From positions 128,001 to 192,000 of the forward strand of contig CAVSHR010000004.1 in the NCBI GenBank assembly GCA_963727625.1: a stretch of 64,000 bases of DNA, in the 5' to 3' direction. Origin of the DNA: an uncultured delta proteobacterium. Its GTDB lineage: Bacteria > Desulfobacterota > Binatia > UBA9968. A program made the position numbers and the translations under genes. Within the stretch, counting starts at the first letter, position 1; every line of letters begins with the position of its first letter. The notes under the pieces are model-generated. The model saw only the letters and a program-made list of their open reading frames with translations, did not search any database and had not been told where the DNA came from. Shown here piece by piece: positions 18,989 through 29,943 of this stretch.

Positions 18989-19711
18989 CTAGCTTTCTTC
19001 CAACTCCGGATAACGCCGAAAAATACCGGACTGATTGAACGGCAAACGCCGCGGAGATGACAAGTAAGCGGCGAGTCGGGGGCGCGCCATGACGCGATCG
19101 TGGAGTGCGATCAGGCGCGGATATTGCGGTTCGAGTTGCGCCATCGTGCGCGGGAAGGCATAGCGCAATCCCTCGATGATCTGAAATAACGACAGATCGA
19201 CGTACGAAGCTTTCTTGCCGAGGACGAAAGCGGCGCCTTTGGGGTTTCGCTTCAAGATTCTTTCGAAATAGCCGAGAAATTTGGGTATGCGGTTCGCTCT
19301 GAAATGGGCGGCGCGCTTTTTGGCTTCGGCGGCCTGTTCTTCGTAGTAGAGAACGTTGGCGATCGGATGGTGCGTCTGGCCGGTTTCGTACAGCCAATCG
19401 GCGACCGTCAATTGCAGCTGATTCGCCCACACCCGGCTCGCTTCAGCTTTCGGCACCAGACCGAGCCGCGGCGCAAGAAACTGGAGAATATTCGCGGTCT
19501 GTGAGATCAGAAACTTGCCGGCCCTCAGGATGGGCGGGGCGTAGGGCGGATGGTCCAGCGACGGGGATTCCATGAATTTTATGATGCCCGGCCGGCCGAA
19601 GTTTGGATCGCGTGCCACGTCGACGTAGTCCGCATCGGCATCTTCGAGTGCCAGACGGATGAATTCGCCTCGGCCTTGGATCAACGGTTGGTAGTAAAGT
19701 TCGTATCGCAT
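18989..19711 (-). CDS. Glutathione S-transferase family protein
   Basis: QGRGEFIRLALE, APPIL, SQTANIL and SYVDLSLFQ. Confidence 0.9.
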   Translation of the reverse strand: MRYELYYQPLIQGRGEFIRLALEDADADYVDVARDPNFGRPGIIKFMESPSLDHPPYAPPILRAGKFLISQTANILQFLAPRLGLVPKAEASRVWANQLQLTVADWLYETGQTHHPIANVLYYEEQAAEAKKRAAHFRANRIPKFLGYFERILKRNPKGAAFVLGKKASYVDLSLFQIIEGLRYAFPRTMAQLEPQYPRLIALHDRVMARPRLAAYLSSPRRLPFNQSGIFRRYPELEES

Positions 19712-19909
19712 AACGGTCCTCCTGAAATCGACAGGCGATCATCGTCAGCTCTGTATACCCGATGACGGGGCTTAAAAAAACCGCGTTGTGGCGCTGTTGG
19801 TGGTTCACTTTCGCGTTATCGCTAGCAACAGATCCGGGCAGTGCTTTGCTATTTCGCCTTGACGGGATTAAAGCAAATCGTCTAGCTTTGCGTTAGAAGG
19901 AGAACGCGC

Positions 19910-20752
19910 ATGACCAAGAAAAAAGAATACAGCTGCGTGCTGGTGAAAACCGACAACGAAGGCATCACCTGGATCACGTTCAATCGGCCGGAGAAGCGCA
20001 ACGCGATGAGCCCGACGCTGCACAGCGAGATGGAGGAAATCCTGTTCGGCTTGGAGACCGACGAAGAAACCAAAGTCATCGTGCTCACCGGCGCGGGCAA
20101 CAGCTGGAGCGCGGGAATGGATCTGAAGCAGTATTTCCGCGAGACCGATAAGGACCCGGTGGCGCGCTTCCGTGCAGCGACGGCGCACCGGCGCTGGGCG
20201 ACGGAGTTGCTCAACTGGTCGCGCAAGCCGTCGATCGCCATGGTCAACGGCTACTGTTACGGCGGAGCATTCGTATCCCTGGCGGCATGCGACATCGTCA
20301 TCGCGGCGGAGGATGCGACCTTCGGTCTATCGGAGGTCAATTGGGGCATCATTCCAGGGGGCAATGTGAGCAAAGTCTTCGGCGACATGGTGTCGCACCG
20401 CAACGCATTGTTTTATGCCATGACCGGGCGCACCATCGACGGCCGCAAGGCGGTGGAATTGGGCATCGCGACGTTGTCGGTGCCGGCGGACCAATTGCGC
20501 GAGGAAACCGTGACCATCGCGCGCGAGCTGATGGCGAAGGCGCCGATGGTGCTGGCTTATACCAAACAAGCGATCCGCGCCGTGCGCGGCATGGACATGG
20601 ACCAAGCCTACGAATATCTGGGCGCGAAGAGCATGGCGCTGCGCGCGGCCGACCCTGAACAGACGCGGGCGCGCGGCATGCGCGAATTTCTCGACGAGAA
20701 AAAATTTCGCCCCGGACTGGGACCGGTTAAACGGCCGGCGGGCGAAAAGTGA
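19910..20752 (+). CDS. ech: p-Hydroxycinnamoyl-CoA hydratase/lyase (feruloyl-CoA hydratase-lyase)
   Basis: NRPEKRNAMSP, SAGMDLKQYFRE, FGLSEVNWGIIPGG and RPGL are typical of the HCHL crotonase subfamily. Confidence 0.85.
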   Translation: MTKKKEYSCVLVKTDNEGITWITFNRPEKRNAMSPTLHSEMEEILFGLETDEETKVIVLTGAGNSWSAGMDLKQYFRETDKDPVARFRAATAHRRWATELLNWSRKPSIAMVNGYCYGGAFVSLAACDIVIAAEDATFGLSEVNWGIIPGGNVSKVFGDMVSHRNALFYAMTGRTIDGRKAVELGIATLSVPADQLREETVTIARELMAKAPMVLAYTKQAIRAVRGMDMDQAYEYLGAKSMALRAADPEQTRARGMREFLDEKKFRPGLGPVKRPAGEK

Positions 20753-20803
20753 AACGCGCTTTTTCCATTAACGGCCGTAAAAAACGATCAGAGGGAGACT
20801 CGC

Positions 20804-21733
20804 TTGTCGGAACACGATGCAAATTTAACAAAAGTCGGTTTTGTCGGACTCGGTACCATCGGCGCCGTCATTGCGCGACATCTTCGCGACGCAGGTTATC
20901 CTTTGGTCGTGCACGACATTCGCTCGGAGGCTACGGACGCGTTGGTCGGTCAGGGAGCGAAACCTGTGGAATCGCCGGTGGAAGTAGCGCGCGATTGCCC
21001 GGTAATGTTTACTTCGCTTCCAGGTCCCCCCGAGGTCGAAAAAGTCGCACTTGGTAACGACGGCCTGCTACACGGGATTCGTGATGGCAGCGTCTACGTC
21101 GACCTTTCGAGCAGCAGTGCGAATCTTATCAAACAAATCAGCAGCGAGTTTCGCCCACGCGGGGCTCGGGTCATGGACGCCCCGCTCATCGTCGGCAAGA
21201 ACGGGGTCGCCAACAAAAGCCTGCAAGTCTTGGCCTCGGGCGATGCGGACATGTTCTCGGCTGTGCAGCCGCTTTTAAATTGCTTCGCGGACAATGTTGT
21301 CTACACCGGGGAGTTGGGAACGGGTACGGTGATCAAGTTGGCGCATAATTTGGTGCGCCGGGGCATTGGACTGGCGATCGGCGAAGGTCTTGTACTCGGC
21401 GCCAAGGCAGGCGTGGCTCCTCAACGGCTGTGGGAATGTATGCATTGGGGCTTGGATGCGCAGCTCCATCAGTTGTTGAAGACTTTCTCGGACACGGTAT
21501 TTAAGGGAAATTACCAAGCCCCCGCCAGCTTTGACATCGGACTGTCGCGCAAAGACGTCGGCTTGGCGACCGAGCTCGGCAGAACGTACGACGTTCCCAT
21601 GCCCATCGCAGCTTTGGTCGAGCAAATGATGATCCGCGCGGTCAACCGCGGCTGGTCCAAACAAGGGACCGCGTCGTTGTTTCGCCTCCAAGAAGAGGCC
21701 GCGGGAATCGAAGTGCGAACGCCAGCGAATTGA
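20804..21733 (+). CDS. Beta-hydroxyacid dehydrogenase (3-hydroxyisobutyrate dehydrogenase family)
   Basis: GFVGLGTIG, FTSLPGP, MDAP, KLAHN and KDVGLA. Confidence 0.9.
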   Translation: MSEHDANLTKVGFVGLGTIGAVIARHLRDAGYPLVVHDIRSEATDALVGQGAKPVESPVEVARDCPVMFTSLPGPPEVEKVALGNDGLLHGIRDGSVYVDLSSSSANLIKQISSEFRPRGARVMDAPLIVGKNGVANKSLQVLASGDADMFSAVQPLLNCFADNVVYTGELGTGTVIKLAHNLVRRGIGLAIGEGLVLGAKAGVAPQRLWECMHWGLDAQLHQLLKTFSDTVFKGNYQAPASFDIGLSRKDVGLATELGRTYDVPMPIAALVEQMMIRAVNRGWSKQGTASLFRLQEEAAGIEVRTPAN

Positions 21734-22038
21734 AGTGTGGCGACTTATCGCTTTCTGGCAAATGGGGAACTTGGATGGATCATCAGCTTCAGGGTAAGAA
21801 GGCGATCGGAATCGGCGCCAGCTAGCGTGATCCGCTATCTGGGCAGCGCCATGGATAGGCATTATTAACCATTGATCCCGCGTTCTTTTAGCTCTCACGG
21901 TTAGTGACGTGGCAACAGTACTCGATCCGTCATTGGCACGAGGCATTGTGCGAGTCGGTATTCTCGCTTTCGGATGTCACTGCGCGGTTGTTTTAGGATC
22001 TGATCGCGTTAAATTAATCGAAATAAAATGGTGGTATT

Positions 22039-23229
22039 TTGCGTCGAGTTACTCTAACAGTCATCGCCTGTTTGGCTTTCTCCGGCTTGCTTTACGGTTT
22101 GGGTTTGCCGCCGTTTCGTAAGAGTGCGTCGGTCGATAGCCAACCGGCGCGAAAAGGCAGTCCGGTTCTCGCTGTGGAAGTGGGCGAAGTTCGACGCGGC
22201 AGCGTCGAAGAGCAGATCAGCGCCGTGGGTTCGTTAATAGCGCGCCGTACGGTCGACGTGGCACCAAAAATCAGCGGTCGAGTCGAGCGAGTGCTCGTCC
22301 AGGTCGGCGACCGCGTTAAGCGCGGCCAGTTGATTGCGCAACTGGATGCGCGCGCGCTCGAAGAGGAGGTGAGGGAGGCCGAAGCCGGGATCAAGGTTGC
22401 CGAGGCGACTTTAAAAGGCAAGCAGGCCGAGTTGGTCGATCTCTCAAGAAAGGTGGAAAGAGCCAAACGCTTGTTCGAAAAGCGCTTCGTGTCGCGCCAA
22501 GAGCTGGACACCTTGGACTCGGAGCGCAACGCAGCGGCGGCCCAAGTGGACCTGGCACGGGCGCAGATCGTTCAGGTAAAGGCCCGCTTGGCAAACACAA
22601 AACTGCAACTCAGCGAGGCGCAGCTCAAAGCGCCGTTTTCCGCCTTCGTCGATAAACGGCTGGTCGATCCCGGCGCGATGGTGAGTTCCGGTACGCCGAT
22701 CGCCGGTCTCGTTGATATCAACCGCGTTAAAGTCATTATTCCGGTGGTCGAAAAAACTTATCCAAAAATTTCCGTCGGCCAAAGGGTGATCGTTACCTGC
22801 GACGCTTTCAGCGGTCAGCGCTTCGAAGGAAAAGTGGTGCGGCTGGCGCCGGTGTTGAGCCAAGAGACGCGCACCGGCGAGGTGGAAATCGAAGTCGATA
22901 ATCCGAACGCTCAGCTCAAACCCGGAATGTTCGCCAGGGTCGAAATCACCATCGGCCAACGCCGCGACGTGTTGCTGGTGCCGGAAGGAGCGCTGGTGAA
23001 AACGCCTTCGGGACATGGAGTTTTTCGCGTAGAAGTAAGGAACGACGACCGGGCGAAAGTCCAGCTCGTTCCGGTGGTTCCCGGCTCCAGCCGGCACGGC
23101 CAAATCGAGGTTCGCGGCGGGGTAAGGGCGGGGGATCGAGTGGTTACCCTTGGGGTCAATCTGCTCAAAGACGGTCAAAATATCCGAGTGACCAGAGGAA
23201 AGCCGCGAGGAGCGCGCCGTGAGTCTTAG
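22039..23229 (+). CDS. RND efflux periplasmic adaptor subunit
   Basis: Lipoyl-like VAPKISGRV..GDRVKRGQ, coiled-coil hairpin and LKPGMFARV. Confidence 0.92.
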   Translation: MRRVTLTVIACLAFSGLLYGLGLPPFRKSASVDSQPARKGSPVLAVEVGEVRRGSVEEQISAVGSLIARRTVDVAPKISGRVERVLVQVGDRVKRGQLIAQLDARALEEEVREAEAGIKVAEATLKGKQAELVDLSRKVERAKRLFEKRFVSRQELDTLDSERNAAAAQVDLARAQIVQVKARLANTKLQLSEAQLKAPFSAFVDKRLVDPGAMVSSGTPIAGLVDINRVKVIIPVVEKTYPKISVGQRVIVTCDAFSGQRFEGKVVRLAPVLSQETRTGEVEIEVDNPNAQLKPGMFARVEITIGQRRDVLLVPEGALVKTPSGHGVFRVEVRNDDRAKVQLVPVVPGSSRHGQIEVRGGVRAGDRVVTLGVNLLKDGQNIRVTRGKPRGARRES

Positions 23230-26200
23230 CCAGATGGCCGTGCGCCGGCCAGTGACAACCTATATGGCCGTGCTCATCGTGCTGATCCTCGGCGCGGTTG
23301 CGATTTTAAAAATTCCCGTCGAGCTCATGCCCGAGATCACTTTTCCCACGGTCACGGTCAATACCCGGTACGAAAACGTTAGCCCGGGCGAAATCGAGAC
23401 GTTGATCACCGAGCCGGTAGAAAAGGCGGTTAGCTCGGTGGCCGGGATCGAAGAAGTCAGCTCGGTTTCGGTGGAAGGGCGCAGCCAAGTGCGCGTGAGC
23501 TTCGTTTGGGGCACGGACCTCGACAGCGCGGTCAGCGACCTGCGCGAGAAACTCGACGGTATTCGCGACGATCTGCCGCGCGATGCCAAAGCTCCGGCGA
23601 TCTCGAAGTACGACGTTAACGCGTCGCCGATCATGTTCATCGGCATCGCCGGCGATATGGACGATGTTTCTCTACGGACCTTGGTGGAGAATCAGATTCG
23701 CTACCGGCTCGAGCGCGTCGCCGGCGTGGCTTCAGCGGAGATCCGCGGCGGTCTGGAGCGGGAAATTCATGTCGATCTTTTCCTCGACAAACTGCGCGCG
23801 CTGAATATCTCGCCGGCGGAAATCGAGCGCGCGCTGAGCGCCGAAAACGTCGACCTCCCGGCCGGCCATATCGATCGGGCGCATATGGAACTGACGGTGC
23901 GCACGCTTGGCCAGTTCACCGATTTGGAGCAGATGCGCAGTATGGTCGTGGCGCTGCGCCGGGGTACGCCGATTTATTTGCGCGATCTGGCGAGGGTGGA
24001 AGATTCGTTCCGAGAGATCGACCATGTGGTGCGCATCAACGGCCGTGGCGCGGTGATCGTGTCGCTGCTCAAGCAGCCCAACGCCAACACCGTGGAAGTC
24101 GTCGACCGCGTGAGCCGCGAGATTGACCAGATCAACCGGGATTTTCCGCAGATCGAGATCAGGTCGCTCAGAGAAAACGCCAGCTACATCCGCCGGGCAA
24201 TCAATAACGTGACCCGTTCCGCGCTGCTCGGCAGCGCTCTCGCCGTCGCGATCTTGCTGTTGTTCCTGCGCAGCCTGCGCAGCACAGTGGTCGTCGCCGT
24301 GGCGATCCCGGTCTCCATTGTGGCGACCTTCGCGCTGATGTTCTTCGAAGGCTTCACGATCAACATCATGTCCTTTGGCGGCCTGGCCCTTGGCGTCGGC
24401 ATGCTGGTCGACAACTCCATCGTGGTGCTGGAAAATATCTTCCGGCATCGCGATCAAGGCAAAGATCGCGGCGCTGCGGTGTACCACGGCACCCGTGAAG
24501 TGACCGGCGCCATTGTCGCCTCGACGCTCACCACCGTCGTGGTGTTTTTGCCGCTGCTGTTTATCCCCGGCACCGCCGGGGAGCTCTTCAAGCAGCTTGC
24601 CTGGGTCATCTTTTTTTCTCTGATGGTTTCTTTGCTTGTGGCGCTTACCCTGGTGCCGGTGATGTCCTATCAGCTGATGGGTCTGCCTGGACGGGGCGAT
24701 ATTGGCGCGATACGGAAATGCGCCGCCGCCGCGAAAGCGATGATGGACGGGCTGGAACAAGGCTACCGGGCGCTGCTGATACGTGCTCTCGACAATAAAG
24801 CTCTGTTGTTTTTTGTCGCGGCGATCCTTTTCTTCGGCAGTCTATTGCTTCTCTCCGAAGTGGGCACTGAATTTATGCCCAAAGCGGACGAGGGCGAGGT
24901 GCAAATTCTCGCGGAAATGGGCGAAGGCACGAAAATCAGCGCCATGGATACGGCCTTCGCCAAGATCGAGGCGATCGTCAAACGACAGGTGCCCGAGGCG
25001 CAAAACCTGTTCGTTCATTTCGGTCAGTTCGGCGGCCGGGCCCGCGGCAAGAATCAAGGCCATGTGCATATCTGGCTCGGCCCGAAAAAAGAGCGGCACC
25101 GCTCCGATGAAGACATCGCTCGGGATTTGCGCCGCCGGGTGAATGCGGTTGCCGGCGTAGTCGCGCGGGTGCGGGCGCGATCCGGACTCTTCGTGTTCCG
25201 CCGTCTCGGCCTTGCCGGGGATGACAATCTCGAGGTCAACCTGCGCGGTCATGACTTGATCGCCGCCCAGCGCATCGCCGGCGAGATCAAATCCCATATG
25301 GAGCAAGTCGTCGGCATCAGCGGCGTGCGCATCAACCGCCAGGGCGGACAGCCCGAGCTCGGCGTTCATATCGATCGCGAAAAAGCCGCGGCGTTGGGGA
25401 TTCCGGTAACGACGATCGCGCAAACCGTGAAAACCGCGTTGGTCGGCACGCGCGCGACGCTTTATCGCGACGGCGGCGACGAGTTCGACGTGCTGGTGCG
25501 TCTGGCCGAACGCGACCGGCTCACGCAGCAGGCGGTTTTGGATATCACGGTGCCGACGCCGTCGGGTAAATCGGTGGCATTGCGAAATCTCATCAGGCTC
25601 GAGGAGCGCAAAGGCCCGACGGAAATCCACCGGCTCAATCAGGAACGCATCATTTCACTGTCCGGAGAAGTGACCGGACGGGACATGGGCGCCGTCATTC
25701 AGGATCTGCAAGCACGGCTGCGCTCGGTAAAGTTACCGGCGGATTTTTCATTGGACGTTGGCGGCGACTATCATGAGCAGCGCGAAGCCTTTCGCGAGCT
25801 GCGGTGGGGACTGCTATTGGCGGTTGTCTTGGTTTATATGGTGATGGCGGCGCAATTCGAATCGCTGCGCGATCCCCTGCTGATCATGTTTTCTCTGCCG
25901 CTGGCGACGGTGGGGATCCTGATCTCGCTGTGGGTCACCAGCTCGACGATCAACGTCAACTCTTTCATCGGCATCATTTTGCTTACCGGCATCGTCGTTA
26001 ACAACGCCATCGTCCTGGTGGATTACATCAACTTGAAGATCCGCGAGGATGGGCTCGACGTGCGCGAGGCGGTCATCACCGGCTCTACAGCCCGCCTGCG
26101 GCCGGTGCTGATGACGACCTTGACCACGGTATTGGCGATGGTGCCGCTCGCTTTGGCTGCCGGCGAGGGCGGTGAGGTGCAAGCGCCTCTGGCGCGGGTG

Positions 26201-26347
26201 GTGATTGGCGGTTTGACCAGCTCGACGCTGATCACGCTGGTTTTCATTCCCGCGCTTTATGCCGCGGCGCGCCAATGGAAAGGCGTCAAAGCTTGGCAGA
26301 GCGGGCGCTCGTTGATCTACGGCAGCAGCCGCATCGCCAACAAATAG
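23219..26347 (+). CDS. RND efflux permease (AcrB/MdtBC-like)
   Basis: 1042 aa; GMLVDNSIVVLENI, GIVVNNAIVLVD and RLRPVLMTTLTT. Confidence 0.95.
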   Translation: MSLSQMAVRRPVTTYMAVLIVLILGAVAILKIPVELMPEITFPTVTVNTRYENVSPGEIETLITEPVEKAVSSVAGIEEVSSVSVEGRSQVRVSFVWGTDLDSAVSDLREKLDGIRDDLPRDAKAPAISKYDVNASPIMFIGIAGDMDDVSLRTLVENQIRYRLERVAGVASAEIRGGLEREIHVDLFLDKLRALNISPAEIERALSAENVDLPAGHIDRAHMELTVRTLGQFTDLEQMRSMVVALRRGTPIYLRDLARVEDSFREIDHVVRINGRGAVIVSLLKQPNANTVEVVDRVSREIDQINRDFPQIEIRSLRENASYIRRAINNVTRSALLGSALAVAILLLFLRSLRSTVVVAVAIPVSIVATFALMFFEGFTINIMSFGGLALGVGMLVDNSIVVLENIFRHRDQGKDRGAAVYHGTREVTGAIVASTLTTVVVFLPLLFIPGTAGELFKQLAWVIFFSLMVSLLVALTLVPVMSYQLMGLPGRGDIGAIRKCAAAAKAMMDGLEQGYRALLIRALDNKALLFFVAAILFFGSLLLLSEVGTEFMPKADEGEVQILAEMGEGTKISAMDTAFAKIEAIVKRQVPEAQNLFVHFGQFGGRARGKNQGHVHIWLGPKKERHRSDEDIARDLRRRVNAVAGVVARVRARSGLFVFRRLGLAGDDNLEVNLRGHDLIAAQRIAGEIKSHMEQVVGISGVRINRQGGQPELGVHIDREKAAALGIPVTTIAQTVKTALVGTRATLYRDGGDEFDVLVRLAERDRLTQQAVLDITVPTPSGKSVALRNLIRLEERKGPTEIHRLNQERIISLSGEVTGRDMGAVIQDLQARLRSVKLPADFSLDVGGDYHEQREAFRELRWGLLLAVVLVYMVMAAQFESLRDPLLIMFSLPLATVGILISLWVTSSTINVNSFIGIILLTGIVVNNAIVLVDYINLKIREDGLDVREAVITGSTARLRPVLMTTLTTVLAMVPLALAAGEGGEVQAPLARVVIGGLTSSTLITLVFIPALYAAARQWKGVKAWQSGRSLIYGSSRIANK

Positions 26348-26656
26348 CCGAATCTGATCGTCTTCACGGGATCACTGCCGTGGTTACCAGCGGGCTGGCT
26401 TTTTCATTCACAAACGATACAAATGATTGCGCAAGGGCCGCCGCTTCGGTTGAATTCTCTGAATTGTCATTGCGCCACGAGACCGGTTTCGTTCTTCTTA
26501 CGAAACCGGTAGCTCCGAGCGAAGGACGATTTCCATCGGGGGGGCTTGCCAGAGCTTATTTAAATACGCTATCAGGGAAAGTCGCGCTCTCCAGCTGATT
26601 ACCGACGGCGGGACGTGAGACCGCAGAGGCGCGAGAACTTCAGGGGGAGGTATCCA

Positions 26657-28516
26657 GTGAAAACATCGACTGCCAAACAAAGGAACGAAATGAACGATCG
26701 GCCAAACAAAATCGCTCAAATAGACCGGCCTCAAGCGCTGGGTAAACCGCAGATGAAGTGGGGCAGCGACGTGGTTGCCGAGGTCATGCGCCGGCTCAAT
26801 CTCAAATATATCGCGCTGGTGCCCGGCGCCAGCTACCGCGGCTTTCACGACAGCATTGTCAACTATCTCGGCAACGAAAACCCGCAGATGGTGATTTGCC
26901 TGCACGAAGAGCATGCGGTATCAATCGCGGACGGCTACGGCAAGGTAACCGAAGCGCCGATGGCGGTGGCGCTGCATGCCAACGTTGGTTTGATGCACGC
27001 GGCCATGCCGATTTTCAACGCCTGGTGCGACCGCACGCCGATGATCATCTTCGGCGCCACCGGCCCGGTGGACGCGCACCGCCGCCGCCCCTGGATAGAC
27101 TGGATTCATACGGCGAAAGATCAGGCGTCGATTATTCGCGATTACACAAAATGGGACGATCAGCCGGCCTCGCCGCAAGCGGCGGTGGAATCGGTTCTGC
27201 GGGCCAATCAGATCACGCGGAGCGCGCCCTACGGTCCGGTTTACATCTGCCTTGACGCCGGACTCCAGGAAGCGCCGTTGAGCGAAGAGATTTCAATTCC
27301 CCAGGCGGCGCGTTTCGCGCCGGCGCTCTCGCCCGCCGTGCCGCGAGTCTCTCTGCAGAAAGCGATCAAAGCCATCGAGCAGTCGAGATTTCCGCTGATT
27401 CTCGCCGGCCGCGTTTCGCGCAAGCAACAGGATTGGGACAACCGCGTGCGCTTCGCCGAGGCGATCGGCGCGGCCGTGTTGAGCAGCAGCAACGATCCCT
27501 CGGCGTTCCCGACCACCCATCCACTCCATCTCGCCGCCCCTTGCTTGCGCCCGAGCGCCAACGCTGCGGCGCTGATCAAGCAGGCCGATCTAATCATCAG
27601 CCTTGACTGGCTCGATCTCGCCGGCGTTTTACGTCTGAGCCTCGGTGCGGCTCAGACCCAGAATCCTGCGGACAAGACCATTCTTCATTGCTCCGTCGAC
27701 AGCATTCGCACCAACGGCTGGAGCATGGATCATCAGGCGCTCGCCGCGGTGGATATTCCGATCTTCGCCGAACCGGATCAGTTCGTCGCGCAAATGATCG
27801 AAGAGATGGGCGTCAAGAAGAGCCGTAAAATCAAATTTCGCCCCGAGATGAAAAGGCTCTTGCATTGGAACCATGCGCTCAAGGGCAAATCGGCACCGAC
27901 GCGCGGCAAACCGATGTCGATGTGGGACATGGCGATGACCGTGCGTGAATTCGCCAAGGGAAAGCCCGTGACCTTCGCTCGGCTGCCGATCGGATGGCCG
28001 GGAGAGGCGTACGAGTTCGACGGACCGCTTTCGTTCATGGGCAACGACGGTGGTGGCGCGGTCGGTACCGGGCCGGGGCATACCATCGGCGCCGCGTTGG
28101 CGCTCAAGGATAGCGGCCGGCTCACCATCGGCGTCATCGGCGACGGCGATTATCTGATGGGCGCCAACGCGCTCTGGAGCGCGTCGCACTTCGAGATTCC
28201 GGTGATGATCGTGGTCGCCGATAACCGCTCCTATTACAACGACGAGATGCACCAGGAGCGGGTGGCGCAAATGCGCAACCGGCCGACGCAAAACCGCTGG
28301 ATCGGCCAGCAGATCGATCAACCGCGAGTCGATTTGGTCGCAATGGCACGCGCCCAGGGTTTTGACAGCGAGCCTCCGGTGTCGAATTCCGAGGCACTGG
28401 CCAAGGCGCTCAAAAAAGGCGCCGAAGTTGTAGCCAAGGGCGGGCGCTATTTCATCGACTCACTGGTAACACCCGGTTACGCCGACGCCGGCCCCGATCA
28501 GCGGTCGGGCGGATAG
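26657..28516 (+). CDS. Thiamine pyrophosphate-binding enzyme (ALS/benzoylformate decarboxylase-like)
   Basis: PGASYRG, LHEEHAV and GDGD...DNRSY ThDP motif; GGAGG RBS before GTG 26657. Confidence 0.9.
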   Translation: MKTSTAKQRNEMNDRPNKIAQIDRPQALGKPQMKWGSDVVAEVMRRLNLKYIALVPGASYRGFHDSIVNYLGNENPQMVICLHEEHAVSIADGYGKVTEAPMAVALHANVGLMHAAMPIFNAWCDRTPMIIFGATGPVDAHRRRPWIDWIHTAKDQASIIRDYTKWDDQPASPQAAVESVLRANQITRSAPYGPVYICLDAGLQEAPLSEEISIPQAARFAPALSPAVPRVSLQKAIKAIEQSRFPLILAGRVSRKQQDWDNRVRFAEAIGAAVLSSSNDPSAFPTTHPLHLAAPCLRPSANAAALIKQADLIISLDWLDLAGVLRLSLGAAQTQNPADKTILHCSVDSIRTNGWSMDHQALAAVDIPIFAEPDQFVAQMIEEMGVKKSRKIKFRPEMKRLLHWNHALKGKSAPTRGKPMSMWDMAMTVREFAKGKPVTFARLPIGWPGEAYEFDGPLSFMGNDGGGAVGTGPGHTIGAALALKDSGRLTIGVIGDGDYLMGANALWSASHFEIPVMIVVADNRSYYNDEMHQERVAQMRNRPTQNRWIGQQIDQPRVDLVAMARAQGFDSEPPVSNSEALAKALKKGAEVVAKGGRYFIDSLVTPGYADAGPDQRSGG

Positions 28517-28772
28517 CCGGGCAGCCGCCCGCTTTCTTGGTTCTGCGACTCTTGAAATTAGAAGAGGGATCTGGCGCCTGTTTACGAATAGGAAAAGAAA
28601 GGTCGCCAGTCCCTCACTCTATCTTAAAGGTTCTCCTTTCGCTGCAATCATCCTTACCCGGTTTTTCCAACTCCTGAAACAAAATCACCCCCGATATTGT
28701 GGCGCCTTTCCGTTTAGTTTACTCTAAACCTACCGCGAAGTTTTTATCGGGGATCGCAAACGAGGGGACGCG

Positions 28773-29432
28773 ATGAAGCTCAGAATCATTTTAAGTTTTA
28801 TCACTCTTTTGACTCTCTGCTTGGCCACTTCGAAGGTTCACGCCGCGATGCAAGACGACGTCGACCGGGCGGTAGGCATCATCGAACGCTTCGAGGAGAT
28901 ACCCGAGAAGTCGATCCCTCCATGGGTGATGCGCGACGCAAAAGGGTTGGCGATTCTGACTATCACTAAAGCTGGATTCATCCTGAGCGGTAGGGGCGGC
29001 ACCGGAATTGTAATTGCGCGTACGGATAACGGCTGGAGTGGTCCGTCGGCGATCGGTTCGGGAGGGATAGGGGTCGGATTTCAGGCCGGCGTGCAGGTCT
29101 CCGAATACGTGATTATTCTCAATTCTCAAGAAGCCGTCAAGGCGTTTTCCAAAGGTAGCAACGTAACTCTGGGTGGGAATCTCAGCGCGGCGATCGGTCC
29201 GGTCGGGCGCTCCGCGGAAGCCGGGGCGGCGCCCCAGGCGGCGATCTATACATATAGCAGGAGCCAGGGGATTTTTGCCGGGATCTCTTTAGAAGGAACG
29301 GTCATTGCAACGCGCTACCAAGCCAACGAGGAGTACTACGGCAAACCGGTTTACACCAGCGATATCCTTACCGGCGCGGCCAAGCCGCCGGCGGGCGCGC
29401 AGAAATTGATCGATGCCCTGAAGAAATTCTGA
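28773..29432 (+). CDS. Ysc84/SYLF lipid-binding domain protein, secreted
   Basis: Signal peptide; KAGFILSGRGGTG, WSGPSAI and YSRSQGIFAGISLEG. Confidence 0.9.
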   Translation: MKLRIILSFITLLTLCLATSKVHAAMQDDVDRAVGIIERFEEIPEKSIPPWVMRDAKGLAILTITKAGFILSGRGGTGIVIARTDNGWSGPSAIGSGGIGVGFQAGVQVSEYVIILNSQEAVKAFSKGSNVTLGGNLSAAIGPVGRSAEAGAAPQAAIYTYSRSQGIFAGISLEGTVIATRYQANEEYYGKPVYTSDILTGAAKPPAGAQKLIDALKKF

Positions 29433-29943
29433 AGATCGATTACGCTGAGACATCCTTGCAAGCCTCCATGACTCAAGGCCATGAGTGATGGTAAAAATTC
29501 CGCGGTCGAGTGGCGCTTTACGACTCGATCTGGCCAACGATTCAGCAGGTTCCCAGACGTTACTTGCATGTCTAAAAGTCACTGACCGCTTGTCAGCGAG
29601 ATTGCCATTGAGAATATCTCGATCGATGGCGTTGGTGAGCCCCGGCGGCATGCTGTACATCGAGACACCGCCCAATCGCATCTGCACCACCCTCAAATGA
29701 AGATATTGACCGATGGGAAGGAGCTGGGTTTCTCCGCGCCCGCCACAGGCTTAAAATAACTACCGGGCAGGAGACCAAGAAACGTCGTTAAGCTCACGTC
29801 AACCTCTGGCTGAATGAATCCGAATTCGAAGGCAAACGATTGTCTGGACCGTTTCATCGCAAAAACGCCGATGAGTCGATTGACGACGATCCGCAAGAAT
29901 CACAGCCCTTTTCTTGGTTGCCAATTTTCGCTAATGCTGGCCC

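Noticed and set aside
21934-21950. TGGCACG as a sigma54 promoter for the RND operon
   Set aside because: The GG-N10-GC spacing is not met. The same applies to the TGGCACG near 54234.
29580-29896. Minus-strand ORF ending FI-TGA-GWCRC as another selenoprotein
   Set aside because: No recognisable family, no RBS, no clear SECIS-like hairpin, and the translation does not look protein-like.
29433-29943. TPP riboswitch upstream of tenA
   Set aside because: A CTGAGA is present but the other conserved TPP aptamer blocks were not found.
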